From a virus (lineage: Duplodnaviria > Caudoviricetes), in the IMG/VR virus record IMGVR_UViG_3300032219_000218, positions 1 to 26,388 of that record: 26,388 nucleotides of DNA. One strand, written 5' to 3'. Under the pieces are notes generated by a model. The model did not search any database. It saw only the letters and a list, made by a program, of their open reading frames with translations, and was not told the DNA's origin. Within the stretch, counting starts at the first letter, position 1. Every line of letters starts with the position of its first letter. Made by a program: the position numbers and the translations under genes. Shown piece after piece: positions 1-7,359 of the stretch.

Positions 1-642
1 GCCATCATAATCGGGAGGCATAATACGATTGAGTAGGGAATCGAGATGTAACACAGTTCCCACAACACGTACAATACCATGCTGAGACCGACAAGGAAGA
101 AGTGCAGCATAAAACCACCTTCTGAATTTCTCTCGCCTGTCTTTGCTTTGTACTTGTTCATCGCCTTCTAAGTCGTCACAGATAATTAAGTCTGGTCGAC
201 GTTGATCCCATTTTAATCCCCGAACTCTTTGTTCGGCACCGCGTACTAATATTCTAAACTGTTCACCATCAGAGAACTCCACTATGATGTCAGTCTGTGA
301 TTCTTTTACAAACTCTTTAATACCAAAAAGATTGATAAGGTCATCATTGTTTTTCAACTCATTGGTGATATCACCTAAGAAGTTGATAGCCTGGTTCTCA
401 GTGTCTGAGACTATAAGTGCAAACTTACGTTCTCTAAACATTAAGGCAGCTAGTAGGTAAGCATGTGACACTGCTGTCGACTTACCATGAGCACGAGGTG
501 CTGCTATAGCTACTAAAGGGTCTTTACTTGCGCAAAGATCCCACCATTCCATATGACATTGCGGGGTTGGTGTCGCTCCATCATACCTTTTAGCTAACAT
601 TGACCCAGCAAAGCCGTGTATCAGCTCAGCTGTTAATTCCAT
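1..642 (-). CDS. terL: Terminase large subunit, N-terminal ATPase part (runs off the window edge)
   Basis: Manual translation from ATG at 642: MELTAELIHGFAGSMLAKRY...IAAPRAHGKST (Walker A)...RGLKWDQRRPDLIICDDLE (Walker B)...VVGTVLHLDSLL (coupling motif). Open to base 1. Not in the ORF track. Confidence 0.95.
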   Translation of the reverse strand, partial: MELTAELIHGFAGSMLAKRYDGATPTPQCHMEWWDLCASKDPLVAIAAPRAHGKSTAVSHAYLLAALMFRERKFALIVSDTENQAINFLGDITNELKNNDDLINLFGIKEFVKESQTDIIVEFSDGEQFRILVRGAEQRVRGLKWDQRRPDLIICDDLEGDEQVQSKDRREKFRRWFYAALLPCRSQHGIVRVVGTVLHLDSLLNRIMPPDYDG

Positions 643-900
643 TTATCTCTTTTTCTGTTTTTCGCCAGGTTTATGGCCGTTGTCACTACGATTAGATGCA
701 ACTGAACGTGTTCGTGTGTTACTTAGAGCTTTAGAACCACCAGAACGTAAAGGTTTCTTGTGATCTACATCAGTAGGACCGGCACCTTTAGCTCTAGACG
801 CTTTATTTCTAGCGGCTCTATCTTTTTTAGCCTTGGTAGAGTCACCAAATAGGTCATACTCTTGTTTATAGTTACGTTTATAGTTAGGGCTGCTAGGCAT
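643..900 (-). CDS. Small basic HNH-like protein next to terL
   Basis: DVDHKKPLRSGGS..SN.R..S...NRS resembles an HNH core. Its stop abuts the terL ATG. Confidence 0.7.
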   Translation of the reverse strand: MPSSPNYKRNYKQEYDLFGDSTKAKKDRAARNKASRAKGAGPTDVDHKKPLRSGGSKALSNTRTRSVASNRSDNGHKPGEKQKKR

Positions 901-901
901 C

Positions 902-1162
902 TTAGCACTTCCAACGAGCTAGTGCAGCGGCTTTACGAGTAGGTCTACCTTTACTATCTTTCATAGGGCCAGGCATACCTCCCATACGTGCACAGAATGA
1001 CTTTTTACGAGAGCCACCCCCTGGTTGAGGGGCTTTTAGGTTAGAACCTGTAGCAGCGTTGTACTTAGCACGGCCTTTAGCCGTAAGTCCAGCACCTTTA
1101 GACACAGGTAACTTCTCACCACGACCAATAGATAGACTTACGCCCTTCTTTTTAGTAGCCAT
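902..1162 (-). CDS. Conserved small basic phage protein (DUF6321-like)
   Basis: GGSRKKSFCARM...KAAALARWKC is a motif recalled from aquatic podoviruses. The protein is Lys/Arg/Gly-rich. Confidence 0.75.
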   Translation of the reverse strand: MATKKKGVSLSIGRGEKLPVSKGAGLTAKGRAKYNAATGSNLKAPQPGGGSRKKSFCARMGGMPGPMKDSKGRPTRKAAALARWKC

Positions 1163-1317
1163 TACTTATTCTTCTTCGCCTTTTTAGCACTCTTCGTAAA
1201 ATCTTTTGCAGTAGGAGCACCCTTCGCTCCCACTTTACGCATCTTCTCGCCCGAACCAGCTTTAATCCTTGCCTTCTTAGCATGAATGTTTGCATATAGT
1301 CCTGGTTTAGTAGCCAT
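1162..1317 (-). CDS. 51-aa basic phage protein
   Basis: MATKPGLYANIHAKKARIKAGSGEKMRKVGAKGAPTAKDFTKSAKKAKKNK. TAATG overlap with the next gene. GLYANIHAK..RI..GSGEKMRK is a recurrent phage motif. Not in the ORF track. Confidence 0.85.
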   Translation of the reverse strand: MATKPGLYANIHAKKARIKAGSGEKMRKVGAKGAPTAKDFTKSAKKAKKNK

Positions 1318-1319
1318 GA

Positions 1320-1388
1320 TTAGCACTTACCCTTTTTCATTGGCATTTTCTTCATAGGTTTCATTGGTTTTTTCATTGGTGTTGCCAT
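1320..1388 (-). CDS. 22-aa Lys/Met/Pro-rich micro-peptide
   Basis: MATPMKKPMKPMKKMPMKKGKC. AAGGAG RBS (1395-1400) lies 6 nt before the ATG, and the stop is 2 nt before the next ATG. Confidence 0.65.
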   Translation of the reverse strand: MATPMKKPMKPMKKMPMKKGKC

Positions 1389-1830
1389 TTGCTTCTCCTT
1401 GAATTAAAGTACTGTTATCGTAGCTAATGCTACCTATATGATCTTCCCAGTCATTACCCACAAAATCAGGTTCTATACCGTTAAGCCATTTCTGTATTGA
1501 AAGGAAACTACCACCTTGGGGTCCAAAGTATCCTCCATGCCATGAGTTTGTTTTAACTCTAACAGGTTCCCCTGAAGTATGTAAAACACCATCACAGTAA
1601 AAATTAAATCCAGTTGTTAAATGTACTTCGTATGAATCTACATTAGGGTGTACATGTTGTACAATAGTAACATTAGGTTTAACAATAAACAACTCTACTT
1701 GGAATTGTCCTTTTCTATAGAGTACTACACCAGAGAGGTCTCCCTCTTGTACAATAGCATTCTTAGCAGGTGGACAAGTAGGTTTATGTTCTAACCACCA
1801 CTCTAGGAACTCTTCGAGATCATCCTTCAT
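1327..1830 (-). CDS. Cupin-fold putative metalloprotein
   Basis: VELFIVKPNVTIVQHVHPNVDSYEV...SWHGG fits the cupin HxH..E..H pattern. Probable start is the ATG at 1830; the track starts at 1854. Confidence 0.6.
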   Translation of the reverse strand: MKDDLEEFLEWWLEHKPTCPPAKNAIVQEGDLSGVVLYRKGQFQVELFIVKPNVTIVQHVHPNVDSYEVHLTTGFNFYCDGVLHTSGEPVRVKTNSWHGGYFGPQGGSFLSIQKWLNGIEPDFVGNDWEDHIGSISYDNSTLIQGEANGNTNEKTNETYEENANEKG

Positions 1831-2419
1831 CTGGGTTCTTAACCTCAGGGACACTCTCTATTTCTTTAGCGTTAGCAAACTTCTCAAACTGTTGAGCTAA
1901 GAGTCTTAGTCTATCGTCTACAGCTACTTGCGTTGTTATGTTAGTTGGTTCACCCCGTATAAGCTGTCGTCTATGGACAAGGGTATTGAATAGGTTAGAT
2001 AAGACTTTAGTGTCTATAGGCTTGCGTACAAGTTTAGATTTCCTAACATCCCAAAGGTAGTCTCCGTTATCGAGTCTATCGACAATATGAGTAAGAGAGT
2101 TATCAAGCACACCGTTAATTCTAGAAGCCAACTTTTCATTTTGTTCTGTAAAAACCTTCTTCTGTATTTCACTCCACCATGGTTCTTCTTTCCATTGACG
2201 GATATGTTTAACTGGTACATTAGTTAACTTACTTACTTCATCAGCATCACCATATACGCAGTATAGGGTGCATGCATCTATCTTGGTTTGTTGAGGAAAC
2301 CAATCAGGAGCGTGGTGTGAGGCTTTAAGTGGTCTACCTCTTCTAGGAGTTAAAGAGATTTCTTTCCCTTCATAGTAATATCCACTTGACACTTCTTCAC
2401 TTTTCTGATCTTCACTCAT
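1820..2419 (-). CDS. Putative terminase small subunit (HTH plus helical region)
   Basis: HTH-like DADEVSKLTNVPVKHIRQWKEEPWW. First gene of the operon leading to terL. Likely start is the ATG at 2419. Confidence 0.7.
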   Translation of the reverse strand: MSEDQKSEEVSSGYYYEGKEISLTPRRGRPLKASHHAPDWFPQQTKIDACTLYCVYGDADEVSKLTNVPVKHIRQWKEEPWWSEIQKKVFTEQNEKLASRINGVLDNSLTHIVDRLDNGDYLWDVRKSKLVRKPIDTKVLSNLFNTLVHRRQLIRGEPTNITTQVAVDDRLRLLAQQFEKFANAKEIESVPEVKNPDEG

Positions 2420-2425
2420 AGTAAT

Positions 2426-2454
2426 AGTATACCACAAGATTTATTATTTGTCAA
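2426..2454 (-). promoter_or_regulatory. Sigma70 promoter for the terS/late arm, leaderless geometry
   Basis: TTGACA (2454-2449), 17 nt spacer, TATACT (2431-2426) with TGn extension, then 6 nt to the ATG at 2419. Confidence 0.85.
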
Positions 2455-2488
2455 GAAGTATCTAAGGGCAAGTTAATATATTTTTATA

Positions 2489-2517
2489 TTGACAAAATAG
2501 TAATAGTGTGTTAAAAT
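2489..2517 (+). promoter_or_regulatory. Divergent sigma70 promoter firing into the non-coding region
   Basis: TTGACA (2489-2494), 17 nt spacer, TAAAAT (2512-2517) with TGn extension. Confidence 0.8.
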
Positions 2518-2518
2518 C

Positions 2519-2616
2519 TATAATTAATAATTAGTAATTATATTATTATAATAGTAATATATAATATAATAATACTATAGTATTATAATACTACTAATTA
2601 GTAATTAGTAATTACT
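2519..2616. repeat. Very AT-rich low-complexity tract built of TAATTAG/TAGTAAT/TACTA words
   Basis: For example ctaattagtaattagtaattactag. About 100 nt with very few G/C. Confidence 0.7.
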
Positions 2617-2779
2617 AGAGGGGGTATCTAACAGAATACCGAAGGACGAAGTCCGAGGTCGTCTTTCCCGAGGACATAGTTAAGTGTTCCCCCGGTAGGG
2701 TGTTCAAGATCGCATTACCCAGTAATGCTACTAGACCCTATTGTAAATATTATTATAAATCTAGAAGAGTGCCCCTCTA
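2616..2779 (+). other. Multi-hairpin element closed by TAGAGGGG/CCCCTCTA
   Basis: Internal stems ggac-GAA-gtcc, gtctt/aggac, and tagggt/acccta enclosing gcattac/gtaatgc. Confidence 0.5.
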
Positions 2780-2852
2780 CTAGAATTAAAGAATGCTTAT
2801 TTCCCTCCCCCCTATCCGTGTGGGATAACTAGTGTATAAACCCAATGATAAC

Positions 2853-2865
2853 AATCAATAACTTA
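2853..2865 (+). promoter_or_regulatory. IHF consensus site
   Basis: AATCAATAACTTA matches WATCAANNNNTTR exactly. Confidence 0.55.
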
Positions 2866-2953
2866 CACAATAGTAATCATTGCATAATACACCCCTCTAT
2901 AACTCACGCTATGCTATCTAGAACGCACGATGTATTACATCTAATACCATAGC

Positions 2954-3662
2954 TATGCCTCGCTTTGCGTGCTCGGCATAAACCTATGACAACACCGTCC
3001 CGTTTCGCCGGGACATCACGACCAATCTGCCATTGGATGGCGTCAAGTTCCCAAACCTTTCAGCGGACAATCCTGTCCGTAACCCTACAGTGTAATTATA
3101 ATACTGCAATGAAAACTACACTGTCGTTAGTTTTAATTGCGATTATAATAAAATCCTTGATGTATAAGTCTGTCCTCGAACATAAACTCTAACTAAGTAA
3201 TTACTAATTCTGATTAGTATTTATTTGTTTTAGAGTAATCAACAAGCTTCTAAAACTCGCAACAGAAACGGTTGTAAGGTTCAATCAGAATTACTAATGA
3301 CATAAGTTAGAGCTATTATGTTATACGAGGAGTACGGTCTGCCCTAGCAGACCCAGACTTATGTTATATATATATGACTTAACCGCGGATTATATTGGAT
3401 AATAGAACTATTAAGACTGCAAGGAATTCTTGAAATTAATAAAAAGCATTACGATAGGTATCAATAACACACAAGAATACCTTTTGGGCTAAAGCCATTC
3501 AAGAACTAAATGACCCCGTAAATTCTTTACGCCAAACCCGCTCTGTTTATTTGCACGCGTTGCGTGCCCTTTATATGTGTAAACAATTTCATTTAGTTAT
3601 TGACTTCTTAATAGTTCAATTATCTGGCATATATCCTAAGGGTTAAGTCCTATATATACAAC
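2954..3662 (+). ncRNA. Candidate large structured RNA or structured leader
   Basis: Nested long-range stems: 3164-3172/3354-3362, 3173-3178/3326-3331, 3187-3194/3305-3312, 3205-3215/3283-3293, 3376-3384/3641-3649, 3405-3416/3606-3617. Several G-U pairs favour the plus strand. No credible ORF. Confidence 0.55.
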
Positions 3663-3696
3663 CCTTATCTTTTTAAAACCTTTCAAGGAGTATATT

Positions 3697-3870
3697 ATGT
3701 TCCACAATGCACATGTTTTAGATTATGAAGACCTCATGCTCTTCTGGAATACAGATGATATCAATAAAGCTATGGAGCTTGATGTAGGCTACTGGAATTA
3801 TTGGAAACAAGAAGTATTAATACACAAAGAAATAAAAGTAACTCCATTCTTAACTTTAGTAGGAGCATAA
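3697..3870 (+). CDS. 57-aa early hypothetical protein
   Basis: AAGGAG RBS. MFHNAHVLDYEDLMLFWNTDDINKAMELDVGYWNYWKQEV...LVGA. Not in the ORF track. Confidence 0.8.
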   Translation: MFHNAHVLDYEDLMLFWNTDDINKAMELDVGYWNYWKQEVLIHKEIKVTPFLTLVGA

Positions 3871-3871
3871 C

Positions 3872-4045
3872 ATGGACGACCCTAAACAGCTCTATCTTTT
3901 CAACTATATGGACCCTGATTATGATGTCAATTGGGACGATATGGAGTCAGCTGAGTATGATGAACTACTATCATCCTCTCAATTCTGTGCAGAATATGAT
4001 GCATATATCGATTCATTATCAGATACTGCAATCAATGATTTATAG
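3872..4045 (+). CDS. 57-aa extremely acidic early protein
   Basis: AGGAG RBS. MDDPKQLYLFNYMDPDYDVNWDDMESAEYDELLSSSQFCAEYDAYIDSLSDTAINDL has 16 D/E against 1 K. Not in the ORF track. Confidence 0.8.
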   Translation: MDDPKQLYLFNYMDPDYDVNWDDMESAEYDELLSSSQFCAEYDAYIDSLSDTAINDL

Positions 4046-4054
4046 TTTCATCAG

Positions 4055-4088
4055 AAAAGGCGTCCTCCAAGTGTGGGGACGCTTTTCC
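4055..4088 (+). terminator. Stem-loop, terminator or processing site
   Basis: aaaaggcgtcctcca-agtg-tggggacgctttt lies between early genes. The U tract is short. Confidence 0.5.
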
Positions 4089-4136
4089 TCGTAGTAAAAT
4101 TAGTTCACAATTAACTTAAACTTAAGGAGTATTCAC

Positions 4137-4565
4137 ATGGCTTTAACAATCACATTCACAGACGGTAAGTTCGATTTCACTCAGTTCAACGATATGTTAG
4201 CTGTTGTAAAACCAAGTGCCGGCACCAAAGTAGCAATCGCTCGTTCATTAATGAAAGATGTCCTCTCAAGTGATATGCGCTACAGAGCAATGCCTTTGAT
4301 TGAATTAGGTTATGCTTTAGAAGACCAGATTGAGACATACTCTAACGCTCGTAAGATATACACAACATGCAACATTGAAGCACGCACTAACAAGACCATT
4401 GCCAAAACATGGTCAGCTCAAGAGTTAGTTCAAGCTGCAAAGACAGCAGCTCATGTCAATGCTAATGCTTCGTTGAAAGCCGAGCAAACAGAAAGTAATC
4501 GCGGTCGCCCAGAGTTAACACCTGAGAATCAATCAACATCAGCAGACGCAGGTCGCGTAGCTTAA
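4137..4565 (+). CDS. Early hypothetical protein (142 aa)
   Basis: Strong TAAGGAG RBS, followed by a terminator. Confidence 0.85.
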   Translation: MALTITFTDGKFDFTQFNDMLAVVKPSAGTKVAIARSLMKDVLSSDMRYRAMPLIELGYALEDQIETYSNARKIYTTCNIEARTNKTIAKTWSAQELVQAAKTAAHVNANASLKAEQTESNRGRPELTPENQSTSADAGRVA

Positions 4566-4575
4566 CTACTATCAT

Positions 4576-4608
4576 AAGGCAGGGTTTCGACTCTGCCTTT
4601 CTTTTTTT
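4576..4608 (+). terminator. Rho-independent terminator
   Basis: AAGGCAGGGT-TTCG-ACTCTGCCTT followed by TCTTTTTTT. Confidence 0.9.
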
Positions 4609-4619
4609 AAGGATATCAT

Positions 4620-4802
4620 ATGTTAGATAAATTCTACAAGCTTAAAAACAAGCACACCAACGCTACTATCTTTTACACAGAACTCTCAGACTATCTATTC
4701 TGGAAGGGATGGCGTATAGAACGCGAAGCTAAGATATCCGAAGTTGACTATCTAGAGTTCTGTGCAATCGAACACGATATACAGCAAGAAATCTACGAGT
4801 AA
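4620..4802 (+). CDS. Hypothetical protein (60 aa)
   Basis: AAGGA RBS. Co-oriented with the early genes. Confidence 0.75.
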   Translation: MLDKFYKLKNKHTNATIFYTELSDYLFWKGWRIEREAKISEVDYLEFCAIEHDIQQEIYE

Positions 4803-4881
4803 TCTCGTAGTTTTTAATTCTATGTTCTGTTCGTTATCACTCACAGATTTATATCCAAATCTATTTTCTTTAACAAGAAAA

Positions 4882-4910
4882 TTGGATTGCTCATGTATGT
4901 ATGATATACT
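4882..4910 (+). promoter_or_regulatory. Probable sigma70 promoter
   Basis: TTGGAT, 17 nt spacer, TATACT with TGn extension. Overlaps one ACTACTATCAT copy. Confidence 0.55.
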
Positions 4911-5011
4911 ACTATCATTAGAGTGTTTTGACACTCTGTGTCAACGCCCCTATGGGGCGGGGTAAATCAGGGGAGTACTGTGTTACTTGGGCAAATTATA
5001 GGAATCTAATT

Positions 5012-5398
5012 ATGTCAGATATCAATTATGTCGAATCTCAAATTGGTTGTATGGCCTATGCTATTTATGCAGAAGCTAATACACAATCATTAGAAGCAAA
5101 GCATGGCGTTGGATATTTAATACTGAATCGTGTCAAATCTAAAAGATATGGTAAAGACATATGTGATGTGGTATACTCCAAAGGACAGTTCATTGGTATT
5201 AGTGATATGCTTAAACATAAATATCGTGAACCATCTACTGAAGACTTATTAAAAACTAAACTCATTGCATTAAATATCTATTATGGTAAAGTAGTAAATC
5301 CTGTCGGTCGTTCATTATACTTTCATGATGACTCAATTGACATGAAGCACTTGTGGGGTAGGAAAACTGTTAAAATTGACAATCTTGTATTTTATTAA
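5012..5398 (+). CDS. SleB/CwlJ-like cell wall hydrolase (Hydrolase_2 family)
   Basis: CMAYAIYAEA...VGYLILNRVKSKRYGKDICDVVYSKGQF...SLYFH...IDNLVFY. Likely start is the ATG at 5012; the track starts at 4928. Confidence 0.88.
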   Translation: MSDINYVESQIGCMAYAIYAEANTQSLEAKHGVGYLILNRVKSKRYGKDICDVVYSKGQFIGISDMLKHKYREPSTEDLLKTKLIALNIYYGKVVNPVGRSLYFHDDSIDMKHLWGRKTVKIDNLVFY

Positions 5399-5408
5399 GG
5401 GGAATAAT

Positions 5409-5597
5409 ATGGCAGATGATTTTGATAATCACTATGACATCACTGATGGTGATGGGCACCATGACCAAGAAGAAGCACACTTCTATTGGACTATTCAAGA
5501 GTTTCAAGACTGTATTGACAAATACGGTTGTGCATTTGTATTAAGTAAAATGAATGACAATATCAAACAACTTATAAAGGAAAAATTAGATGTGTAA
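5409..5597 (+). CDS. Small acidic hypothetical protein
   Basis: AAGGGG RBS before the ATG at 5409. MADDFDNHYDITDGDGHHDQEE... Confidence 0.75.
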   Translation: MADDFDNHYDITDGDGHHDQEEAHFYWTIQEFQDCIDKYGCAFVLSKMNDNIKQLIKEKLDV

Positions 5598-5745
5598 TCA
5601 TGAAGAAGACTTTCGTGGTATTGCAAAGTATAAACATAAATATACACTAGTTGATAAATACCTTGTAGGTATTGTTTTACTTGGCGTAACAATCTCTATT
5701 GTATTCATGAGTGTATGTTTGTATCAACTTATTCTAAGCCTATGA
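5590..5745 (+). CDS. 51-aa single-pass membrane protein
   Basis: MCNHEEDFRGIAKYKHKYTLVDKYLVGIVLLGVTISIVFMSVCLYQLILSL. AAAGGA RBS and a long hydrophobic C-terminal run. Not in the ORF track. Confidence 0.7.
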   Translation: MCNHEEDFRGIAKYKHKYTLVDKYLVGIVLLGVTISIVFMSVCLYQLILSL

Positions 5746-5776
5746 ATGCAGCACTGGGGGTGCCTGCATTCTAGGC
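5738..5776. promoter_or_regulatory. Long hairpin, copy 1 of a twin element
   Basis: gccta-t-gaatgcag-cac-tgggg-gtg-c-ctgcattc-taggc. Confidence 0.65.
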
Positions 5777-5805
5777 ACTGCTATTAATCATAAAGGAAAT
5801 CATAT

Positions 5806-7359
5806 ATGAAATCATACAGTTTTACTGAGTTTAATAATAGGTTTAATATGTTCGGATGGTTACATCCAGACATACGACAAACCTATTGGACTAAAGAAAT
5901 GAACGAATGGGATTATGAACAACAAGCAACTGTTCGTAAAACCTGTACACTATCTACAATTTGGTATAAAGATCAACGAGTATTACAATTCTATACCAAT
6001 GATGAAGCCAATGGTAACAGACGATTAAATGTACATAACTTTTATCGTGAAGCTGCTCATGAAACAGGCCTTGTAACAAGTGCAAGTTATAGAATCAATG
6101 CATCAACTATTATAGATGCGTTATATTACAAAGCTAATGAACCTGTATACTACAATCAAAATGGCACACTAAAGAAAGGTTTCTGGGGTGCATTGCGTAG
6201 ACGACTACGCTCACAAGCTATGCGTACTAGTTGGGTAACTAATCATATGTTGCAAACAGCAGTAAGAGTAGCAGAAGGTATTACACAAGGTATAACTGTT
6301 CAAGATTATTTTATTGATAAAGATATACCATCTTATGCATTCTATCAAGATGAGTTAACAACTGAGTATCATATCGAAGGTAGTCAACGACGCATAAGAC
6401 TTGGCTCTAGTCAATGGACTGAAATACATAAGTCTACTGATCCAAGGTTGTATGGTTATACATTCAATGAACGACATGACATATGGCTTACCTCTGAACA
6501 ATTCTATCATAATGGTGAGATATATAATCGTAGTGAAGTAGACATTGCTACATGTAACACATGTAATAACGAATCTGTTACAGATCTTATGATTGATGGC
6601 ACATGTTATCAATGTCTTGACTCAAGCTTTAAGATACATAACTATTCAACACGAGTAGAAGGTATACTTAAATTCAAAGCTACTAAGGTACGACCTAATA
6701 CTGTTTACCTTGGCTGTGAATTAGAATACGAAACTAAAAATCGTAATCGTGCACAACTTGCAGTAGGTAAACTAATGCATGGTCATGCACTTATGAAGTC
6801 AGACGGTTCTATTCGTAATGGCTTTGAGATTGTTACATGTCCAGCTACACTAGATATACATTTAGATATCTTTAAGAAATTCTACGACAACATACCACCA
6901 GATCTTAAGATAGAAAAGAATGTAGGTATGCATGTACACATCAGTCGGAAACCCTTGTCGCAGTTAACTCTTGGCAAGATGACTGAGTTTCTTAATCGTG
7001 CAGAAAATAAACTATTCATTGCATTCATAGCAGGTCGTACAGATAATCAGTATGCTCGTATGGATAGTGGACGAAATGTTACATATGCATGGCGTAACAA
7101 GAATGGTGGTGACAGATACAATGCACTCAATCTTAACAACAGTAACACAGTAGAAGTTAGATTGTTTGCTACACCAATGAACTACAAAGAGTTTGCATCA
7201 CGCTTACAATTTGTACAAGCATTGGTCGACTATTGTATGCCTGCTCAATCTAGTGAATCACTCAAGAAACAAACTCATTACGAAGCATTCATGGGTTGGT
7301 TATCTAATCGTAAGCGTATGTTCCCCGAACTAAGTTATCATTTAAAGGAGTTTGTATAA
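5806..7359 (+). CDS. Putative amidoligase (COOH-NH2 ligase, Amidoligase_2-like) with long N-terminal extension and CxxC pair
   Basis: YLGCELEYE, KSDGSIRNGFEIVTCP, GMHVHIS, RYNALN and TVEVRLF motifs. CNTC...CYQC precedes the ligase domain. Confidence 0.88.
   Translation: MKSYSFTEFNNRFNMFGWLHPDIRQTYWTKEMNEWDYEQQATVRKTCTLSTIWYKDQRVLQFYTNDEANGNRRLNVHNFYREAAHETGLVTSASYRINASTIIDALYYKANEPVYYNQNGTLKKGFWGALRRRLRSQAMRTSWVTNHMLQTAVRVAEGITQGITVQDYFIDKDIPSYAFYQDELTTEYHIEGSQRRIRLGSSQWTEIHKSTDPRLYGYTFNERHDIWLTSEQFYHNGEIYNRSEVDIATCNTCNNESVTDLMIDGTCYQCLDSSFKIHNYSTRVEGILKFKATKVRPNTVYLGCELEYETKNRNRAQLAVGKLMHGHALMKSDGSIRNGFEIVTCPATLDIHLDIFKKFYDNIPPDLKIEKNVGMHVHISRKPLSQLTLGKMTEFLNRAENKLFIAFIAGRTDNQYARMDSGRNVTYAWRNKNGGDRYNALNLNNSNTVEVRLFATPMNYKEFASRLQFVQALVDYCMPAQSSESLKKQTHYEAFMGWLSNRKRMFPELSYHLKEFV

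Noticed and set aside
2965-3192. Track ORF of 75 aa in the intergenic region
   Set aside because: TTG start, no RBS and atypical composition. The sequence is better explained by base-paired stems.
3227-3320. GTTTTAGAG...CTAAAAC and GTTAGAGCTAT resemble type II-A CRISPR repeat ends
   Set aside because: There is no repeat-spacer periodicity and no cas gene, the match is short, and both segments are accounted for as stems of the larger structure.
2616-3662. Known ribozyme, tRNA or self-splicing intron in the structured region
   Set aside because: I found no hammerhead core (CTGATGA...GAAA), tRNA cloverleaf or group I/II intron signature by eye. An Rfam scan is still needed.
3801-4094. Track ORF of 97 aa
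   Set aside because: It shadows two RBS-supported ORFs (3697-3870 and 3872-4045) and crosses a stem-loop.
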